Notes: generated from the letters alone by a model not told the origin. DNA of 64,000 nucleotides from an uncultured Gemmatimonadaceae bacterium (GCA_963843845.1 CAWJMB010000002.1:2976001-3040000), one strand, 5' to 3'; positions 30,701 through 41,089 are shown, counted from the first letter of the stretch. A program made the numbers and translations.

Positions 30701-31888
30701 TCAGAGCGCGACGTTCACGGAGTAGACCGCCTGCAGCATCGCGAGCGCGACGAAGCCGACGATCGCGCCGAACAGCACGATCAGCGCGGGCTCCAGGAGC
30801 CCGACCGCCGCACGCAGCGTGCGGCGGACCTCGGCGTCGTAGCTGTCGGCGGCTCTGAGCGCGAGCGTGTCGAGCCGGCCACTCTCCTCGCCGGCGGCGA
30901 GCAGTTGCGATGCGAGCGGCGGCAGCACCGTCCCGAGCGCGTCGGACAGTCGCTCGCCACGCGCGACGGCGGCGGCGGCGCGCTCGACGCCGGCGGCGGT
31001 CGCGCGGTTGGGCGCCGCGGTGGCCGCGATGCGGAGCGCGGGAACGAGCCGCATCCCGGCGCGCAGCAGCAGTCCGAGCGTCCGCGTCACCCGCGCGGCG
31101 CCGAGCGCACGTTCGAGCGTGCCGACGACCGGCCAGCCGAGCCGCGCCGCATCGAAGCGCAGCCGATGCTCCGGCCGCCCGAGCCACCGCCGCGCGCCGA
31201 CGACGCCGATCGCGATCAGCGCGAGCCAGATCCACCAGCCGCCGATCGCGACGTGGCTCGCGGCGACGAGGATCCGCGTCGAGCGCGGCAGCGTGCCGCC
31301 GGTCTCGTCGAGCAGCGCGACGAAGCGCGGCACGACGGCGGTCAGCAGCACGACGACGCCGAACCCCGACATGGCAGCCATGAGCGCGGGGTAGAGCAGC
31401 GCGCCCTGCACCTGCGCGCGCAGCTCGGCGTCCTCGTCGAGATAGTCGGCGAGGCGCTCGGCGGCGGGGGCGAGCGCGCCCGCCTCCTCGCCCGCCGCGA
31501 TCGTCGCGACGTACAGGCGCCCGAACACGCGCGGGTGCCGGCCCAACGACTCGGCGAGCCCGACGCCCTGCTGCACGTCGCGTCGCACGCCGTCGGCTGC
31601 AGCGACGACGTCCGGGTGCGTGGCCTGCGCCGCCGCGAGCCGCAGCGCGCGATCGAGCGGGATGCCGGCGCCGAGGAGTGCGGCGAGCGCGCGGGTGAAC
31701 GCGGCGACGGCAGGCGCGCGTCGCGAGCGGGCGGCGGCGCGTGGCGGCGCGTCGCCGACGTCGAGCGGCACGAGCCCGCGGCGCCGCAGTTCGGCGAGCG
31801 CGCTGTCCCGGTCGGCGGCGTGTAGCTCGCCGTCGACGACGCGGCCGTCGGCCGTCGCGGCGCGCCAGCGGAACGCGGAGGCCGTCAC
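30701..31888 (-). CDS. gspF: Type II secretion inner-membrane platform protein F
   Basis: FRWRAAT..G, FTRALAALLGAGIPL, AGEEAGAL, ALLYP, LPRSTR, AGEESGRL and LLEPALI; GTGA overlap with the gspE stop. Confidence 0.9.
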   Translation of the reverse strand: MTASAFRWRAATADGRVVDGELHAADRDSALAELRRRGLVPLDVGDAPPRAAARSRRAPAVAAFTRALAALLGAGIPLDRALRLAAAQATHPDVVAAADGVRRDVQQGVGLAESLGRHPRVFGRLYVATIAAGEEAGALAPAAERLADYLDEDAELRAQVQGALLYPALMAAMSGFGVVVLLTAVVPRFVALLDETGGTLPRSTRILVAASHVAIGGWWIWLALIAIGVVGARRWLGRPEHRLRFDAARLGWPVVGTLERALGAARVTRTLGLLLRAGMRLVPALRIAATAAPNRATAAGVERAAAAVARGERLSDALGTVLPPLASQLLAAGEESGRLDTLALRAADSYDAEVRRTLRAAVGLLEPALIVLFGAIVGFVALAMLQAVYSVNVAL

Positions 31889-33402
31889 GTCGGACGTGGC
31901 GGCGGGGTCGGCAGGACGGCGTCGCTCGCGCGGGGGCGATCGTGCGTGGTCGGCGCTGCGGGCTCCCGCTCGCCGACGACGCGCAACACTTCCTCGACCG
32001 TCGTCCGCCCCTCGCGCGCCAGTCGCATCCCGTCGTCGACGATCGGGGTCATGCCGTCGGCGCGCGCGATGCGGCGCAGCTCGTCGAGCGACGCGCCGGC
32101 GACGGCGGCGCGCCGGAACGCGTCGCTCACGACGAGCAGCTCGTAGATGCCGGTGCGCCCGCGGTAGCCGGTGCCGCCGCAGGCATGGCAGGAACCGAGA
32201 CCCGGGGATCGGGGACCGCACTCGGCACACACGACGCGCACGAGCCGCTGCGCGAGCACGCCCTGCACCGTCGCCGCGACGAGATACGGATCGACCCCCA
32301 TGTCGACGAGCCGAGTCACGGCGCTCGGCGCGTCCGTGGTGTGCAGCGTCGAGAAGACGAGGTGGCCGGTGAGCGCCGCCTGGATCGCGATCTCCGCCGT
32401 CTCGCGATCGCGCGTCTCGCCGACCATGACGACGTCGGGATCGTGGCGCAGGATCGAGCGGAGCGCCGCCGGAAAGCCGAGGCCCGCGCGCGTGTTCGTC
32501 GGGATCTGCACGGCGTCGGGAAGTCGGTACTCGACCGGGTCCTCGACGGTGACGACCTTGACGCCCGGCGTGCTCACGCGACGCAGCGCGGCGTAGAGCG
32601 TCGTCGTCTTGCCCGAGCCGGTCGGCCCGGTGACGAGCAGCAGCCCGCTCGTCGTGCCCAGCAGTCGCTCGAACGGCGCGCGGACGTGATCCGGCATGCC
32701 CAACGCCGCGAGATCGCGGGCGCCGCCGGCCTGATCGAGCACGCGCAGCACCACGCTCTCGCCGTGCAGCGCCGGCAGCGTCGACGCGCGGAGGTCGACC
32801 TCGCGCTCGCCGACGCGCACGCGCGCCCGTCCGTCCTGCGGCTGCCGCCGCTCGGCGACGTCGAGCCCGGCGAGGATCTTCACACGGCTCACGACGCCCG
32901 CGCGCAGCGACGCCGGCACCCGCTCGACGTCGCGCAGCACACCGTCGAGCCGGTACCGCACGCGCAGCCCGTCCGCCGTGCTCTCGAGGTGCAGGTCGCT
33001 CGCGCCGAGTCGGAGCGCGTCGAGCAGAAGCACGTTCACGAGCCGCACGACCGGCGCCTGATTCGCGAGCGCCCGCAGATCGCCGCCGCTCTCGTCGTCG
33101 TCATCGCTCGCGCTCTGCGCGGCGACGTCGATCGCCGCCGCGTCCGGCGGACGCGCCGCGAGGAGCGCCGCCTCCACCTCGGCCGCCGGCGCCTCGACGA
33201 TGCGGACGCGCCGCCCGTACCGCCGCGCCAGCTCGTCGCGCACCGTCTCGTCCGGCATCGCCGCGGCGGCGACGAGCAGCGCGTCGTCGTCCGCGACGCC
33301 TAACGGCAGCACGAGGTGCGCGGCGAGCCACGACGCCGGGAGCCGTGTGGCGAGCTCACTCTGCGCGGCCGCGCGGAGCGCCGCAGCGTCGACGCTGCTC
33401 AT
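31885..33402 (-). CDS. gspE: Type II secretion ATPase E
   Basis: ASDLHLE, ERRQPQDGR, Walker A GPTGSGKTT, TVEDPVE, LRHDPDVVMVGETRD, TGHLVFSTLH, and CxxC..CxxC. Confidence 0.95.
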   Translation of the reverse strand: MSSVDAAALRAAAQSELATRLPASWLAAHLVLPLGVADDDALLVAAAAMPDETVRDELARRYGRRVRIVEAPAAEVEAALLAARPPDAAAIDVAAQSASDDDDESGGDLRALANQAPVVRLVNVLLLDALRLGASDLHLESTADGLRVRYRLDGVLRDVERVPASLRAGVVSRVKILAGLDVAERRQPQDGRARVRVGEREVDLRASTLPALHGESVVLRVLDQAGGARDLAALGMPDHVRAPFERLLGTTSGLLLVTGPTGSGKTTTLYAALRRVSTPGVKVVTVEDPVEYRLPDAVQIPTNTRAGLGFPAALRSILRHDPDVVMVGETRDRETAEIAIQAALTGHLVFSTLHTTDAPSAVTRLVDMGVDPYLVAATVQGVLAQRLVRVVCAECGPRSPGLGSCHACGGTGYRGRTGIYELLVVSDAFRRAAVAGASLDELRRIARADGMTPIVDDGMRLAREGRTTVEEVLRVVGEREPAAPTTHDRPRASDAVLPTPPPRPT

Positions 33403-33440
33403 CTAGCTGGAGCTGTTCGTTTTCCGACAGAAGGAACGCG

Positions 33441-35313
33441 TCACGGCTTCCGAACCAGCCCGGGCGCCGCGTCGTCGAGCCGCCCGCGCGCGCGGTCGCG
33501 CACCCGGTCGGCATCCGCGTCGGTGCGGATGACGTAGGGCGTGACGAAGATCGCGAGCTCGGTGCGCGTGCGCGTCACGCGCTGACTCTTGAACAGCGGC
33601 CCGACGAGCGGGATGTCCTTGAAGAACGGCACCCCCGACTCGGTCAGCTCGCGCGACTCGCCGATCAGTCCGCCGATGATGATCGTCTGTCCGTCGCGCA
33701 CCACGGCGCGCGTCGACGCCTCGCGCGTCGAGATCACGGGCGCGTTCAGCGCGCTCGGCAGCGACTGCGTCGTGAGCGAGCTGACCTCCTGCAGGATCTG
33801 CATCGACACGTAGCCGTCATCGTTGATCGTCGGGACGATCGTGAGCGACGTGCCGACGTCCTGATACTGCACCGCGCGGTCGAGCGCGACGTCGTTCGCG
33901 AGGCGTTGCGCGGCCACGAACGGCACCTTGCTCCCGACCAGGATGCGCGCCTCGCGATTGTTCAGCGCGAGGATCTCCGGCGTCGACAGCACGCGAACGT
34001 TCGTCGTCGTCGCGATCGCCTGCAGCACCGCGCGCACGTCGAACCGGTCGACGCTGAACAGCTTGCGCAGCACGAGCCCGGGGCCGACCGGCAGCGTGTC
34101 GGCGACGGGGCCGGTGATCGTGAGCGCCGTCGAGCCGGTTGCGCGTGCTCACGCCCGCCCAGTTGATCCCGAACTCGGTGCCGCGCCCGAGCTGCACCTC
34201 GGCGACGGTGACCTCGAACAGCACCTGCGGCGGCCGGACGTCGAGCGCCTCGATCGTCTCGCGCAGCAGCGGAAAGTTGGGCGGCTGCGTGCGGATGACG
34301 AGCGCGTTCGTCGACGCGCTCGCGACGACGTTGGTCGTGCCGGCGAGCGAGCCGGCGGCGAGGCTGTCGCGCGACTGTGCGGTCGGCGCGGTGCGCGCTG
34401 CGCCCGGCGCCTGCTGCGCGAGCGGCGACGACGGACTGCCGGACGGCGTCGCCGACGTCGGCACGCCGGGGAGCCCGACTCCCTGCCGCTGCCGGAACGC
34501 GTCCAGCTCGCGGTCGCGGAACGTGTCGAGCGTGCGCGACAGGGACCGGTCGGCGAGCGAGCCCGTCCGGCCGGCGTTCGTCGTCACGCCGAACAGCTGG
34601 CCTAACGCCGCCGCCAGGTCTTCGGCACTCGCGTAGCGGAGCGGGACGACATACGTCCGCAGCCCGGCCTCGCCTTCCGGGCGCGCGTCGAGGCGTCGGA
34701 GCAGCTCGAGGTACCGGGCGACGTTCGCGCCGCGATCGGTGACGAGCAGGGCGTTCGAGCGCGTCACCGCCTCGATGCGCGCCGTGGGGCCCGCGACCTG
34801 CCGCAGCGCCTCCGCCGCCTCGTCGGCGCGGATGGAGCTGAGGGGCACGAGCTGCGTGACGAGGCCCAACGGCGGCGGGCTCGAGAGGTCGAAGCCGGTG
34901 CCTAACGGTCCGACCGCGGGGGCGCGGCTCATCGGCACGATCTGCGCGATCGTCGCCGACTCGCTCGACCGCACGAGGACGAGTCCGTTCGACTCGAGAA
35001 TGGACTCGAGGATCGGGCCGACGTCGGCGAGGCGCACCGGCGCCGGCGTCGAGAAGGTGATGCGCCGGTCCGGGATCTCGCTCAGCAGCACCGTCAGGCC
35101 GATGCGGGCGGCGAGCGATCGGATGACGTCGGCGAGCGGCGCGCCGGCGAAGTTGACGCTGACGCTCGGCGGCTGCGGCTGGGCGCTCGACTGCGCCGGG
35201 AGCCGCGTCGCGATCATCCCGACGACGAGCGCCGCCGTGAGGCGCGTCGCGCCGACGAGGGGTCGTGCGGCGGGTCGTCGTGACGGCATCGGCGGCGTGG
35301 AGTGCGCGATCAT
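33441..35313 (-). CDS. gspD: Type II secretion secretin D (frameshift near 34130)
   Basis: N0 (VNFAGAPL), N-domains (TNALVI), DVRPPQVLFEVTVAEV, and secretin core NREARILVG..VPFFKDIPLVGPLF..TELAIFVTP. Confidence 0.9.
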
Positions 35314-35882
35314 GGATTGGCGGGAGGAACGCTGTCGCGTGGGGCCGTCGGCTCGCTGTCGCGCGGGGGCGCGAGCCGAAGGGTGAGCGCTTCACCACTC
35401 GGCGCCGCCAGCCGCACGCGCTCGGGGGTGACGGCGAGCACGCGCCATCCGCGCTCGCGCGCGCCGACGCGGTAGAGCTGCGCGGCGGGCGTGCCAGGGA
35501 ATCGCAGGAGCGCGCCGGCGCTCACGGCGTCGATGACCGTGCCATAGAAGCGCGGCCGTTCGTACGCGTCGGCGGCGCCGGCGCCGCCGAGCGTGGAGAG
35601 TGCCGCCGCCGCGACCGGATCGGGGGCGAGCCCAGGCGGGAGCGTATCGGGCTCCGGCGGGGTCCAGCGCGCGCGCGGCGGCGTGTGGCCTGCAGCGAAC
35701 ACATCGTGCGTCACGGTGACGTCGGCGAGGGGCGGCGTGCCGACCGTGGCTCGTGCCGCGAGCGACGGAGGCGGCACGTCGCGCACCGGCGCGCGCGCCG
35801 GCCACGCCAGCAGCGCGACCGCGGCGGCGCTCAGCGCGAGCGCCGCACCCCACAACGCGTCGGCGACGACGGCAGCGCGCAT
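35310..35882 (-). CDS. GspC-like T2SS component
   Basis: Single TM helix, Pro-rich linker, and an HR-like domain (FYGTV..ALL..YRVG..GWRVLAVTPERV); sits between M and D. Confidence 0.6.
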   Translation of the reverse strand: MRAAVVADALWGAALALSAAAVALLAWPARAPVRDVPPPSLAARATVGTPPLADVTVTHDVFAAGHTPPRARWTPPEPDTLPPGLAPDPVAAAALSTLGGAGAADAYERPRFYGTVIDAVSAGALLRFPGTPAAQLYRVGARERGWRVLAVTPERVRLAAPSGEALTLRLAPPRDSEPTAPRDSVPPANP

Positions 35883-36451
35883 CACTCGAGCGCCGCGTAC
35901 GGGGCGCGCACGACGAGCGCCACCTGCAGCAGCTCTTCCCCGCGCGGGCCACGCACGCGCTGCACCGACAGGTCCACGACCTCGAGGAGCCACGCGCCGC
36001 GCTCGATGCGGGCGACGAGGTCGGTGAGCCCGTAGATGTCGGCCGTCGCGCCGACGGTCGCGGGGATCGCCGGCAGTCCGCCTGCCGTGTCGGGCGCGCT
36101 CGCGACGTCGATGCGGTCGAGCTGCACGCGGCTCGCCGACGCGTACTCCTGCAACACCGCCTGCAGTGCCGACGCGGCGAGCGACGCCGACCGCGCGCTC
36201 AGCACACGCGGCGACTGCGCGTCGTGGGTCAGCGTCCGTGCCTGCACCGCGCTCGCGACCCGTCCCCGGTCGCGGATCAGGGCCCGCAGCCGCGACAACC
36301 GCTCGACGCGCGCGTCGAGCAGCGCCTCGCGCGCCGACCACCGCGACGCGAACGGAACGACGCCGTAGGTCACCGCGATCGCGACGGCCGCGACGAGCAC
36401 GCCGATCGCGATCGTGCGCCGCTCGCGTGTCGTCGGCCTCGGCACGCTCAC
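35882..36451 (-). CDS. gspM: Type II secretion protein M-like
   Basis: TTRERRTIAIG plus TM helix, coiled coil, ASALQ, and a ferredoxin-like C-terminus; overlapping stop/start codons. Confidence 0.7.
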   Translation of the reverse strand: MSVPRPTTRERRTIAIGVLVAAVAIAVTYGVVPFASRWSAREALLDARVERLSRLRALIRDRGRVASAVQARTLTHDAQSPRVLSARSASLAASALQAVLQEYASASRVQLDRIDVASAPDTAGGLPAIPATVGATADIYGLTDLVARIERGAWLLEVVDLSVQRVRGPRGEELLQVALVVRAPYAALE

Positions 36452-37725
36452 CGCCCCGCCCGCGCGGCCGGTCGCACGCGGAACGCGACCGAGTACGTCG
36501 ACCGCGCCCCGCCTCCCTCGTCGACGACGCTGCTCGGCGCCGCGGCTCGCACGGCGTCGAAGCGCGGTTCGGCGTCGAGCGCAGGGACCACGGCCGCGGC
36601 GGCGCGCGCGGTGCCGTCGATCTGCCACGCATCGCCCTGCACGCGGATCGCGGTGACGACCGCGTCGGTCGGCAAGCGAGTGCCCAACGCGTCGAGTCCG
36701 CCGAGCACCGACGTGCGGCGCGCGGCGACGCGCTCGGCGGCGCGCGCCGCGGCATCGAACGCGGCGAGGCGCACGAGGAGCGACTCCGCTGGCGCCGCCA
36801 CCGGCGCCTCGGCCGCGAGCGCGGCGTCGACGGCGCTCAGCGTACGCGCTCGCGACCGGTCGGCCGCGACGAGTGCGAAGCCGAGCGCCGCGCCACAGGC
36901 GACGGCGGCGACGGCGACGCGTCGCGTGCGGCGAGCGCCCAAGGTGCGCGCCGCGTCGTCGGTGAGGAGCTGCACGTCGGCCGGCGCGTCCGTGCCCAAC
37001 GCCGCGCCGAGCGCGGCGAGCCACACACCGTCGACACCGCCGTGCGCGGGGAGCGATCGCGGCGGCGCGCCCTCGAGCGCGATGCGCGGAACGCGGCGCA
37101 CGGCGGCGATCCGTCCGTCGCGCAGCGCGATCGTGCCGATCTCGTCGTCTGCCGCCGCCAGCGCGTACGTCGCGTCACCGAGCGCCGCGCCGCGCAGGGC
37201 CCGCGCGAGCGACGTCGGCGCCGGCTCGACGCACTCGACGGGCGCCCACGCGGAGAACGCGGCGATCCACGCGTCGAGCTGCGGGCGGCGTGCGGCGAAC
37301 GCCGGCTCGCCTGGCGCGTCGCCGGCTGGCGCGCTGCCGGCTGGCGCGCTGCCGGCTGGCGCGCTGCCGGCTGGCGCGCTGCCGGCTGGCGCGCTGCCGT
37401 CCGATCCGCCGTCGCCCAACAGTGCGACGACCGTCTCGTCGTCGACCGCGAAGTGGCGCGCCGTGTCGAGCGCGAGCGCGCGCCGCCGCTCGGCCGGGGG
37501 GAGGGGCGGCAGGACGACGCGCGCGACGTCGAGGAACGCGACGCCGACCGACAGCGCGACGTGCCGCGCGCGTCCGAGCCGCGACTCCAGCTCGCGTACC
37601 ACGTCGTCGGGGCGGGTCGGGTCCCACGCGAGCTCGACCGTCGCCGACGGCATCGCGCCGAAGCGACCGAGGGCGACCGCGCGAACGCGGTCAGCGAGCA
37701 GCTCGACGCCGACGCGGTCAGGCAT
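36448..37725 (-). CDS. gspL: GspL/PilN-like assembly protein
   Basis: Degenerate cytoplasmic domain (RVGVEL..), TM helix, and a PilN-like domain (LPTDAVVTAIRVQGDAWQIDGTA). Confidence 0.7.
   Translation of the reverse strand: MPDRVGVELLADRVRAVALGRFGAMPSATVELAWDPTRPDDVVRELESRLGRARHVALSVGVAFLDVARVVLPPLPPAERRRALALDTARHFAVDDETVVALLGDGGSDGSAPAGSAPAGSAPAGSAPAGSAPAGDAPGEPAFAARRPQLDAWIAAFSAWAPVECVEPAPTSLARALRGAALGDATYALAAADDEIGTIALRDGRIAAVRRVPRIALEGAPPRSLPAHGGVDGVWLAALGAALGTDAPADVQLLTDDAARTLGARRTRRVAVAAVACGAALGFALVAADRSRARTLSAVDAALAAEAPVAAPAESLLVRLAAFDAAARAAERVAARRTSVLGGLDALGTRLPTDAVVTAIRVQGDAWQIDGTARAAAAVVPALDAEPRFDAVRAAAPSSVVDEGGGARSTYSVAFRVRPAARAGR
37321..37395. repeat. 15-bp tandem repeat x5 (GCCGGCTGGCGCGCT), encodes (GSAPA)5 in gspL
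   Basis: Five perfect copies with degenerate flanks. Confidence 0.92.
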
Positions 37726-37749
37726 CGAAGATCCGTCGCGGCGGCGCGC

Positions 37750-38580
37750 TCACAGGTCGCGCTCCCGCCACCGCACGAACGTGAGTCGGGTGCCGCTCAC
37801 TGCGTACACGCCCTGGATCTCGTGCGTCAGCGGGTGTCCGTCCGACCACCCGCGGCTGACGAGGACGAGTCGCGTCGGCTCGCGCACGAGCGATCCGCGC
37901 GCCGCGCGTCGCACTGGCTCCGCGGCCGACGCCACGTTGATCTGCCCGTCGCCGTCGACCGTGAGGTACGGCGCCGCCGCGCGCGCGAGCGGCGCCGGCA
38001 CGCCGGGAACGCGCGCCAGGTCGTCGAGCGTGCGCAGCTCGCGGCGGGGGCGCGCGAGCGAGCGCGCGAGATCACCGCGCTGCACTCCGCCGGCACCGAT
38101 CCATGTACGGATCGCGTCCGCGGCGGCGCTCGCCTCGGAGGGCGCGCCGACGTGTGCGAACAGCGCCGCCACCACGTCGACGTCCGCCTGGTTGACGTCG
38201 ATGCGGGCACTCGCGTCGACGACCGCGACCTGGAAGCGTGCGGTGCCCAACGTGTCCGGCCGCGCGGCGCCGCTCGCCGCCTCGAGGCCATTCAGGTACG
38301 CCTGCCGCGCGGTCGCGTCGCCGGCGAGCCGCGCCAGCGTCGTCTCGATCTCGTGCGCCGCGACCACGACGCCGCTCTCGGCCGCATACCGAGCGACGGC
38401 GCGCGCGCGCACGTTCGTGACCGCGCCCGTCGCGTCGCGCGCCGCGGCGACGACCGACGCGGCGAGCGCGGCGAGCAGCACGATCAGCCACAGCGTCATC
38501 GCGAGCGCCGCGCCGCGGCGGGCGCGGCGGCTGGCGGCGCACGAGAGGCGCGCGACCGAGTGCAGACGCGACACGCTCAT
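37750..38580 (-). CDS. gspK: Minor pseudopilin K
   Basis: RRG|AALAMTLW, ARYAAESGV, DASARIDVN, DDLARVPG and GQINVASA. Confidence 0.85.
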   Translation of the reverse strand: MSVSRLHSVARLSCAASRRARRGAALAMTLWLIVLLAALAASVVAAARDATGAVTNVRARAVARYAAESGVVVAAHEIETTLARLAGDATARQAYLNGLEAASGAARPDTLGTARFQVAVVDASARIDVNQADVDVVAALFAHVGAPSEASAAADAIRTWIGAGGVQRGDLARSLARPRRELRTLDDLARVPGVPAPLARAAAPYLTVDGDGQINVASAAEPVRRAARGSLVREPTRLVLVSRGWSDGHPLTHEIQGVYAVSGTRLTFVRWRERDL

Positions 38581-39182
38581 GGCGTGACGCCCTCCGCACC
38601 TTCGGGGCGCGTCCGCGCGATCAGCGCCGGCAGGGCGTCGCGTCCGGCGGCATCGAGAAAGCGGATCCGCACGGCGACCGGCGGCGCGTCGGGACGCGAC
38701 CACCGGTCGCGCCACGGACCGCCGACGCTCTCCAACACGCTCACGTCGAGCCCCGCCACCGCCGGCGCGACGATGCGGAGCGGCGTCGCGTCCTCGTCGA
38801 GCGGTGCGGCGCGCAGCGTGAGCCCGTCGCGTGATGTCGAGAGCTCGACCGCCCACCGCCCGCCGGTGCCTAACGGCGGCCGCACGCCGCGCGTGACGAA
38901 GCGGAGCGCGACCGACGGATCGTGTGGCGCGCCGAGCGTCGGGGAGGTGCCGGGCATGGCGAACGTCGTGTCCGTCCCGCCGCTCCCCGGCTCCGCGTGG
39001 CGCAGCGCGTCGTGCAGCACCGACCGCAGCGCGAGCGCGCCGCCCTCGTCGCGCCGCACGCGCTCGAGCCGTGCCGTCACGTCGAGCCCGGCCGACGCGG
39101 CGCCGAACGCGAGGCTCGCCACGAGGCCGGTCACGACGAGCGCGACGAGCACCTCGAGCAGGGTGAAGCCGCGGCGCCTCAC
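38577..39182 (-). CDS. gspJ: Minor pseudopilin J
   Basis: RRRG|FTLLEVLVAL class III signal and W..RW....PPVAVRI. Confidence 0.8.
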   Translation of the reverse strand: MRRRGFTLLEVLVALVVTGLVASLAFGAASAGLDVTARLERVRRDEGGALALRSVLHDALRHAEPGSGGTDTTFAMPGTSPTLGAPHDPSVALRFVTRGVRPPLGTGGRWAVELSTSRDGLTLRAAPLDEDATPLRIVAPAVAGLDVSVLESVGGPWRDRWSRPDAPPVAVRIRFLDAAGRDALPALIARTRPEGAEGVTP

Positions 39183-39496
39183 CGCCCCGCTCCCTGCACG
39201 GCGACGACTCGCTGCAGCGCGAACCGCGCCCCGTTCGGCGACGTCACCGTCACGTCGAAGGTGACGAGCCCGTCGGCGCGCGGACGTCTGACGATCGCGC
39301 GCGTCCATCCGGCGAGCGAGTCGTCCGGCGCCACGCCGGCGAGCGTCGCTTCCACCCCCGACTCGGCGTACGCGACGACGCGGCTCCACTCGCTCGCGTC
39401 GCGCGCCGCACGCGCCGTCTGCTGAAACACGCCGAGAAAGCCGGTGGCGGCCGCGCCGAGGATGACGAGCGCGACGAGCGCTTCGAGCAGCGTCAT
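39179..39496 (-). CDS. gspI: Minor pseudopilin I-like (starts directly MTLLE)
   Basis: MTLLEALVALVILG; ATGA overlap with the gspH stop; lies between H and J. Confidence 0.7.
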   Translation of the reverse strand: MTLLEALVALVILGAAATGFLGVFQQTARAARDASEWSRVVAYAESGVEATLAGVAPDDSLAGWTRAIVRRPRADGLVTFDVTVTSPNGARFALQRVVAVQGAGR

Positions 39497-39900
39497 CTCG
39501 TGCCCGCCGCGACGCGGCACGCCGCGGGATCCCACGCGGCGTCGGCGCGTTCGCCGTCGGGCAGGCAGCTGCCGAGCGGCGACACGAGCAGTCGCGCCGG
39601 CAGCGCGGCGGGCGCCGCGATCGTTCCCCGTCGCAGCGGCTGCGAGTCGCCACGCGCGACGACGAGCGTCCACACGCCACTCCGCGCCGTCTCCAGCACG
39701 AGCGTCTCGCCGCGCCGCACGGCTGCCGCGCGCGCGAACGCGACCACGCGCTGCGCGTCGGTCGTCGGGTCGGGTCGCTCACGCCGGAGCGCGGGCGCGC
39801 CGAGCGCCGCGGCGAGACCGATCAGCGTGATGACGACGAGAAGCTCGAGCAGCGTGACGCCGCGTCGAGGCCGGCGCGAGGGCCGAAGGCAGGAGGGCAC
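39493..39900 (-). CDS. gspH: Minor pseudopilin H/FimT-like
   Basis: RRG|VTLLELLVVITLIG and ARAAAVRRG. Confidence 0.75.
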   Translation of the reverse strand: MPSCLRPSRRPRRGVTLLELLVVITLIGLAAALGAPALRRERPDPTTDAQRVVAFARAAAVRRGETLVLETARSGVWTLVVARGDSQPLRRGTIAAPAALPARLLVSPLGSCLPDGERADAAWDPAACRVAAGTR

Positions 39901-40053
39901 GTCCGTAAGGTCGAGGCGCACGGCGAGGGTGTCAACGCGGGCGACTGGACGATCGGCGCACGCCGCGGCGAGTTTCCTGTGTTCTCGCGACTCGCGCACC
40001 ACTCCGCACGCCACTCATGTCCGACGCGCCACACCCTCGCTCGCCACTCTCCG

Positions 40054-40293
40054 ATGCGTGAGCGTCCTCCGCTCCGCTTCCGCTCGCCGGCGCGGCGCGA
40101 GCTGACGATCATGATGGGCCTCGTGGTCCTCGTGCACACGATCGCCATCGCGATCTATCGTCTGACCGACATGGCGAATCGCCCGATGCGGACGACGCAG
40201 ATCTTCGGGGCCGTGTGGACGGCCGCGACGGTACTCGTCGTCGCCTTCGGCCTTCGCCGCATCAACGCGCTGCGCCGCCAGCGGCGGCGCTGA
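40054..40293 (+). CDS. Small two-TM hypothetical protein
   Basis: Two hydrophobic helices, a basic tail and typical codon usage. Confidence 0.55.
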   Translation: MRERPPLRFRSPARRELTIMMGLVVLVHTIAIAIYRLTDMANRPMRTTQIFGAVWTAATVLVVAFGLRRINALRRQRRR

Positions 40294-40391
40294 TCCGTGG
40301 CGCGCGCATCGCGCCGGCGTCGATGCAGCGCCGGCGCCTACGCACCCGATCGCCGGCGCTGCGCCGATCTCGGAGTCGTGAGCGCCGTCCG

Positions 40392-41066
40392 GTGAGAGTG
40401 CGTGTCAAGATCTGCTGCATCGCGTCGGCCGAGGAGGCGCGGCTCGCCGTCGCGGCAGGCGCCGACGCCCTCGGGTTCGTCTCCGCGATGCCGAGCGGGC
40501 CTGGGCCGATCGGCGAGGCGCTGATCGCGTCGCTCGCGCGTCGGGTGCCGCCGCCGGTGTCGCGCTTCCTGCTCACGTCGGCGACGGACGTCGAGACGAT
40601 CGCCGCGCAGCTCGTGCGCACCGGCGTCGACACCGTGCAGCTGGTCGACGCGTTGGGCGGTCCATCCGGCGCGTCGCTCGGCGCCGTCTACGGCGCGCTG
40701 CGGTCGCGCGTCCCGCACGTGCGGCTCGTGCAGGTCATCCACGTCCTCGACCTGGCGTCGGTCGACGAGGCCGCGGCGGTCGCGCCGCACGTCGACGCGC
40801 TGCTCCTCGACTCGGGAAATCCGCGGCTCGCCGTGAAGGAGCTCGGCGGGACGGGACGGGTGCACGACTGGGCGCTCAGCCGGGCGATCGTCGCGCGGAC
40901 CGGTGTACCGGTGTGGCTCGCGGGCGGCCTGACCGCAGCGAACGTCGGCGAGGCGGTTCGGGCGGTGCGGCCGTTCGGCGTCGACGTCTGCTCCGGCGTA
41001 CGGCGCGACGGCGCGCTCGACGCGACGACGCTCGAGGCGTTCGTCGCGTCGGTCGCCGCGGGGTAG
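40392..41066 (+). CDS. trpF: Phosphoribosylanthranilate isomerase
   Basis: VKICCI, GADALGFV, LLLDS..GGTGRVHDW, WLAGGL...NV and GVDVCSGV. Confidence 0.9.
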   Translation: MRVRVKICCIASAEEARLAVAAGADALGFVSAMPSGPGPIGEALIASLARRVPPPVSRFLLTSATDVETIAAQLVRTGVDTVQLVDALGGPSGASLGAVYGALRSRVPHVRLVQVIHVLDLASVDEAAAVAPHVDALLLDSGNPRLAVKELGGTGRVHDWALSRAIVARTGVPVWLAGGLTAANVGEAVRAVRPFGVDVCSGVRRDGALDATTLEAFVASVAAG

Positions 41067-41089
41067 CGCCGCGGGGAGCGCCGCGCGGG

